Part shown: piece by piece, positions 59,951 to 64,000 of the stretch
Position numbering within the stretch: position 1 is the stretch's first letter
How the letters are laid out: each line of letters begins with the position of its first letter
From: Candidatus Bathyarchaeia archaeon
GTDB lineage: Archaea; Thermoproteota; Bathyarchaeia; Bathyarchaeales; Bathycorpusculaceae
Direction of reading: 5' to 3'
Length of the DNA: 64,000 nucleotides
Assembly (NCBI GenBank): GCA_049521795.1
Contig: JBEKOM010000002.1
Span: 32,001-96,000, forward strand
Translations under genes and position numbers: made by a program
Notes under the pieces: generated by a model
Seen by the model: the letters and a program-made list of their open reading frames with translations, nothing else
Databases searched by the model: none
What the model was told of the DNA's origin: nothing

Positions 59951-61339
59951 GTGAAGAGCACGGGGTTTGACTTCGTTGATAAGAGCAACATGAGCCTCAT
60001 GACCGATTTTTATGAATTGACAATGTGCGCCAGCTATTTTCAAAACAAGAGGAACGAAGCCGCAACTTTCGACCTGTTCATAAGAAAACTACCCCCAAAC
60101 AGGTCATACTTCATCTTCGCCGGGCTGGAACAAACACTGCTCTTCCTTGAAAACATCAGGTTCAGTCAAGACCAAATCAGCTACTTGAGGACAAAAAGAC
60201 TAAGGGAAGATTTCCTGGAATACCTGAAAAGATTCAAATTCACCGGAGACGTATGGTCCGTTCCCGAAGGAACCACAGTTTTTCCTGACGAACCCCTAAT
60301 CAGAGTGACAGCTCCCATAATTGAAGCTCAATTGGTTGAAACATTTATCCTCAACACGGTAAACCTGCAGACGATGATAGCCACTAAAGCGTCAAGAGTT
60401 GTTCTCGCGGCACAAGGCAAGCCCGTGATAGAGTTCGGTTTGCGAAGAACGCAGGGAACGGACGCTGGAATGAAGGCAGCAAGGTGCAGCTACATCGCTG
60501 GAGCCAGCGGAACTTCGAACGTCCTTGCAGGCATGAAGCACGGTATTCCTGTGTTCGGAACAATGGCTCATTCTTACGTAATGTCCTTTGACCATGAGAT
60601 CGATGCCTTCAGAACTTTCGCGAAGGCCTTTCCCGAAAACTCAACCCTTCTCATAGACACCTACGACGACCTGAAGGGTGCAGAAAACGCGGCGATCGTC
60701 GCATTGGAATTGCAGGAAAAAGGGCAGAAATTGAGTGGGGTTCGACTTGACAGCGGCGACCTCGTGAACTTAAGCATCAAGGTCAGACACATTCTAGATG
60801 TCCACGGGCTTCAATACGTCAAAATCTTTGCAAGCGGAGACCTAGACGAGTATGCGATTGAAGACCTCACGAAGAAAGGGGCTAAAATTGATGCGTTCGG
60901 TGTCGGAACAAGAATGAGCACATCCAGTGACAGACCATACGTGGATGTCGTGTACAAGCTATCGGGCAAAGTGGAGCGCGGAGTATTTGTCCCAGCGATG
61001 AAACTGAGCAAAGGCAAGATAACTCTGCCTGGAAAGAAACAGATCTTCAGAAAGCGAAACAGTGAAGGAAAATATCTTAAGGATATTATAGGTTTGGAAA
61101 ACGAGAAAGTCAATGGAGAGCCTCTGCTAGTGAAGGTCATGGAGAAAGGCCGCATAACCTACGATGTCCCAGGGTTAGAAGAAATAAGAAGAGTCACTCT
61201 ACGGAACCTCTTGCAACTCCCAGACAAGTACAAGAAACTGACAGGCGCCGCTTTGTATCCAGTCGAACTGAGCCCTGCGCTGAGAAAGATCACGAATCAG
61301 TTGGAGAAACAACTGAGGCGAGAGGGCTACTCAGCGTGA
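59951..61339 (+). CDS. pncB: Nicotinate phosphoribosyltransferase
   Basis: TDFYELTM, ATKASR, EFGLRR, GTMAHS, LIDTYD, GVRLDSGD, GVGT; start placed at GTG 59951. Confidence 0.96.
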   Translation: MKSTGFDFVDKSNMSLMTDFYELTMCASYFQNKRNEAATFDLFIRKLPPNRSYFIFAGLEQTLLFLENIRFSQDQISYLRTKRLREDFLEYLKRFKFTGDVWSVPEGTTVFPDEPLIRVTAPIIEAQLVETFILNTVNLQTMIATKASRVVLAAQGKPVIEFGLRRTQGTDAGMKAARCSYIAGASGTSNVLAGMKHGIPVFGTMAHSYVMSFDHEIDAFRTFAKAFPENSTLLIDTYDDLKGAENAAIVALELQEKGQKLSGVRLDSGDLVNLSIKVRHILDVHGLQYVKIFASGDLDEYAIEDLTKKGAKIDAFGVGTRMSTSSDRPYVDVVYKLSGKVERGVFVPAMKLSKGKITLPGKKQIFRKRNSEGKYLKDIIGLENEKVNGEPLLVKVMEKGRITYDVPGLEEIRRVTLRNLLQLPDKYKKLTGAALYPVELSPALRKITNQLEKQLRREGYSA

Positions 61340-61542
61340 CGCCAATTTCAGCGCTGTTTTTTCGGCTTTTTCTACGACAGCTTGTTCGTCTGGAGTCTTC
61401 ATCTTATTGTTGTCCGAGGAGATTTTTCCCTCAACTATGACATTGCCCACATCGCTTCCTCCTGCTGAGTAGACGATGCTGGCTTAGAGTCGTCCAAGGG
61501 TTTAAGGTGTGGCTTTGAAGAGTCAACCAAGACTGTACCAGC
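61331..61542 (-). pseudogene. C-terminal remnant of an MTA/SAH-deaminase-like amidohydrolase
   Basis: Manual translation AGTVLVDSSKPHLKPLDD, frameshift, ASIVYSAGGSDVGNVIVEGKISSDNNKMKTPDEQAVVEKAEKTALKLASR*. Confidence 0.65.
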
Positions 61543-61678
61543 CGTCAACGATGTAACCATAAAATGCAAAGGATTCAGAAAACTGGCAAAAACTTTGTCT
61601 AGCAGCGTCTGGAATCTAAGCTTGTCCTCCGTTGGACCTTCTCGATTTGTTGATGAAAGATAGTGGAAATGAGGGGGG

Positions 61679-62092
61679 TTAGATCATCGCTTTGGGTTCT
61701 TCAATTCTTCGAAGGAAAGGACGCAAGACTGAGTGTGAGACATTTTCCTCTGGAGGTCCGTTCTTGAACATGCTTGGGGAGCCTATTTTTCTGCATATGA
61801 AGTTGAGGGAATCTTCTGTGAAGTTCAGTAGGCTTTGTCCCTCAGTTGTCAGTTTGTACACTTTTCTAGGTCTTTCGGTTGACATCTCCCAGTCGCTCTT
61901 AACGAACCCTTTCTTTTCCAATGTTCCAAGTAACGGGTAGATTGTGCTTGGCCCGAAGTAGACTCCAAACGTCTTGCGGATCTTGGTGATTATCTGGTAT
62001 CCGTGCATGGGCTGTCCGTTGAGGAACTGGAGTATTATGAGGTCTAGAAGACCTTTCATCAACTTTGTTTGGACTTCCTTTGAGTTGTTCAT
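61679..62092 (-). CDS. PadR family transcription regulator
   Basis: KGLLDLIIL, PMHGYQI, STIYPLL, RPRKVYKLT.EG. Confidence 0.93.
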   Translation of the reverse strand: MNNSKEVQTKLMKGLLDLIILQFLNGQPMHGYQIITKIRKTFGVYFGPSTIYPLLGTLEKKGFVKSDWEMSTERPRKVYKLTTEGQSLLNFTEDSLNFICRKIGSPSMFKNGPPEENVSHSVLRPFLRRIEEPKAMI

Positions 62093-62230
62093 TTCGAACA
62101 CCTTTTCTTTTTCTCTTGTGTGCCTGTCCAACAGTTTGCCTGTTAGACGGGACTACGATATGTCTCTTGCGAGACGTATCTTGAGTCTCTATATACACTA
62201 GACGCCGATATAAACGTTGATGCGCATCCC

Positions 62231-62260
62231 AAACATAAACAAGCATAAAGAAGCATACAA
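62231..62260. repeat. Three 10-bp tandem units AAACATAAAC/AAGCATAAAG/AAGCATACAA
   Basis: Directly visible; between divergent PadR genes. Confidence 0.5.
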
Positions 62261-62340
62261 GGCGGCATGAACTTTTACGTAAGTCTAATAAACTTGGACA
62301 TGAACCACTACCAAATAGGCCACAGCTAGAACGTGAAAAA

Positions 62341-62667
62341 GTGGCGGATATCTTCAGAAAGGAAATTGTACAACGCATCACCAGAAACCTGCTCGACATC
62401 CAGGTTCTGAGGCTAGTTCAGACCGAACCCATGTGGGGCTACAAGATCAAAAAGCAGGCAGAAGCAAGATTCGGCGTAAGACTCCGACACGGAGCACTCT
62501 ATCCCCTTCTCAACGAACTTGAACAAGAGAGCTTCATAATAGGCCAAAACCAGCGACAAGGCGGAAGAAAAAGAAAAGTGTACCAAATCACTAGGAAGGG
62601 CGAAGAGTACTTAGAAGCGTACAAAAGCGTTCTAAAACAACAGTTAAAAGGAAACGACATGAGATAG
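62341..62667 (+). CDS. PadR family transcription regulator
   Basis: PMWGYKI, GALYPLL, RKRKVYQIT.KG. Confidence 0.92.
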   Translation: MADIFRKEIVQRITRNLLDIQVLRLVQTEPMWGYKIKKQAEARFGVRLRHGALYPLLNELEQESFIIGQNQRQGGRKRKVYQITRKGEEYLEAYKSVLKQQLKGNDMR

Positions 62668-62730
62668 GTTCTGCCTAGATGAGACTTATACTCTCCAGTT
62701 TCAAATATAACAAACAATAAGCATGAGACC

Positions 62731-63729
62731 ATGGGAACGAAGAAAAGTCAGGAAAAATCTGTAATGCTCATTGAGGAACTGAAAGGAAGAAGCAGCAAAG
62801 CACTCGAACTTGCAAAGAAAATAATTCTTGCTGAAAAAACACAGAGTGGAAAAGTGCTTGAAGCGTTAGAATATTACACTTTGCACTGGAACGACTTTAC
62901 TCATCCCGGTTTCTTTTCAATAGCATGCGAAGCCGTTGGCGCAGATCCAAATAGTGTTTTGCCAGTTCAAGTGGCCATAACGATGATGGCCGCGGCTTTT
63001 GACATTCACGACGACCTCATCGATAAATCAAGAACAAAACATGGAGTCCCAACGGTTTTCGGAAAGTTCGGAAAGGACATTGCTCTCCTTCTTGGCGACG
63101 CCTTTCTGATAGAAGGCTTTACGCTCTTGGATGAATCGATCGCCGAATTGCCTCGGGAGAAGATGAAAGAAGCTCTTGAAACGTTTAAGATGGCGCTTTT
63201 TGAGCTTGGCAACGCTCACGCCTTGGAGTTGGACATGAAGCTCAGGGGTGAGGTGCTGCCGAAGGCTTACATGCGAATCCTGGAGATGAAGGCGTCAAGT
63301 ATTGAAGCAGACATGAGGATTGGAGCCTTGGTCGGGGGAGGAACAAAAGAAGAAATTCAGACCCTAGCAGAACTCGGGAGGATTTTGGGCATGCTAGCCA
63401 CACTGAGGGAAGAGTTCGTAGATGTTTTCGAAGTCGAAGAACTGGAGAATCGCGTTCACAGTGAATGTTTACCGATACCCATCCTGTATGCAATGGAAGA
63501 CAAAGAGTCAGCGAGGACGATCGAAAAGTTGCTTGCAAAAAAAGGAATGGCTGGTAAGGACATTGATACACTCGTTGACATTATTTTCAACTCAGAGAGC
63601 GTCATGCGACTCAAGAAAAAGATGCGGGATCTTGTAGCCCGAGGCTTTCATTTGGCGTCGGAAATACGTAATAAGAACTCAGCCATACTACTGCGAAATC
63701 TTGCAGAATGCGCGCTTGAAGATCTTTAG
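62731..63729 (+). CDS. Polyprenyl synthetase (class I isoprenoid fold) family protein
   Basis: First Asp-rich motif DIHDDLID, PTV..KFG, ALLLGD; second motif diverged to REEFVD. Confidence 0.85.
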   Translation: MGTKKSQEKSVMLIEELKGRSSKALELAKKIILAEKTQSGKVLEALEYYTLHWNDFTHPGFFSIACEAVGADPNSVLPVQVAITMMAAAFDIHDDLIDKSRTKHGVPTVFGKFGKDIALLLGDAFLIEGFTLLDESIAELPREKMKEALETFKMALFELGNAHALELDMKLRGEVLPKAYMRILEMKASSIEADMRIGALVGGGTKEEIQTLAELGRILGMLATLREEFVDVFEVEELENRVHSECLPIPILYAMEDKESARTIEKLLAKKGMAGKDIDTLVDIIFNSESVMRLKKKMRDLVARGFHLASEIRNKNSAILLRNLAECALEDL

Positions 63730-63907
63730 AGTCTAAATCGGGTAAACTCTAACTGGAACGTTCCGTTTCTTTGCCTTCTTCATCTCAATCCCTCACAAGT
63801 ATATGTGTACGACAAGTGTACTACTTAAGGCTTGTCGTTGAACATTAATACAGAATGCTAATGAAGAAATGTTTTATCTCTAGACATCATCATTGCCTAA
63901 CGGGAGC

Positions 63908-64000
63908 ATGAAGATGCACCTTTCCGCACTCTTTGAGAGGAGGATAGCTTGGAGAGACTTTGCTCCATCGTTTGTTGTGGTGTTCAACAGTCTAGTTTGG
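63908..64000 (+). CDS. Partial (5' end) probable membrane protein
   Basis: Open frame MKMHLSALFERRIAWRDFAPSFVVVFNSLVW to the window edge, GGGAG upstream. Confidence 0.4.
   Translation, partial: MKMHLSALFERRIAWRDFAPSFVVVFNSLVW

Overview
Archaeal chromosomal window, most likely Bathyarchaeia (inferred from aIF-2beta, the aIF-1A-RIO1-Dim2 cluster, membrane-anchored LonB, single-OB-fold SSB, a dockerin/NosD/CARDB S8 protease and many small wHTH regulators). It is mostly housekeeping genes (pyrG, malic enzyme, gcvPA/PB, trmI, mobA, acdA, pncB, ABC/MFS transporters) plus one tRNA-His(GTG). No rRNA, CRISPR array, transposase or integrase was seen. The best candidate for an undescribed system is a pyruvate-dependent class I aldolase (DapA/NAL fold lacking the DHDPS arginine) fused to formaldehyde-activating enzyme (Fae) at 43180-44658, head-to-head with an enzyme-like protein of unknown function; it suggests formaldehyde channelling between an aldol reaction and H4MPT. 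Other points of interest: a Png1/NGLY1-like transglutaminase core, a ParB-ASCH fusion, a wHTH-MinD/ParA operon, a wHTH-VIT1 fusion, tandem DUF72 paralogs, an 18-19 bp motif dispersed over four intergenic regions, and four decayed genes. All calls come from motif recognition by eye; no database searches were run.
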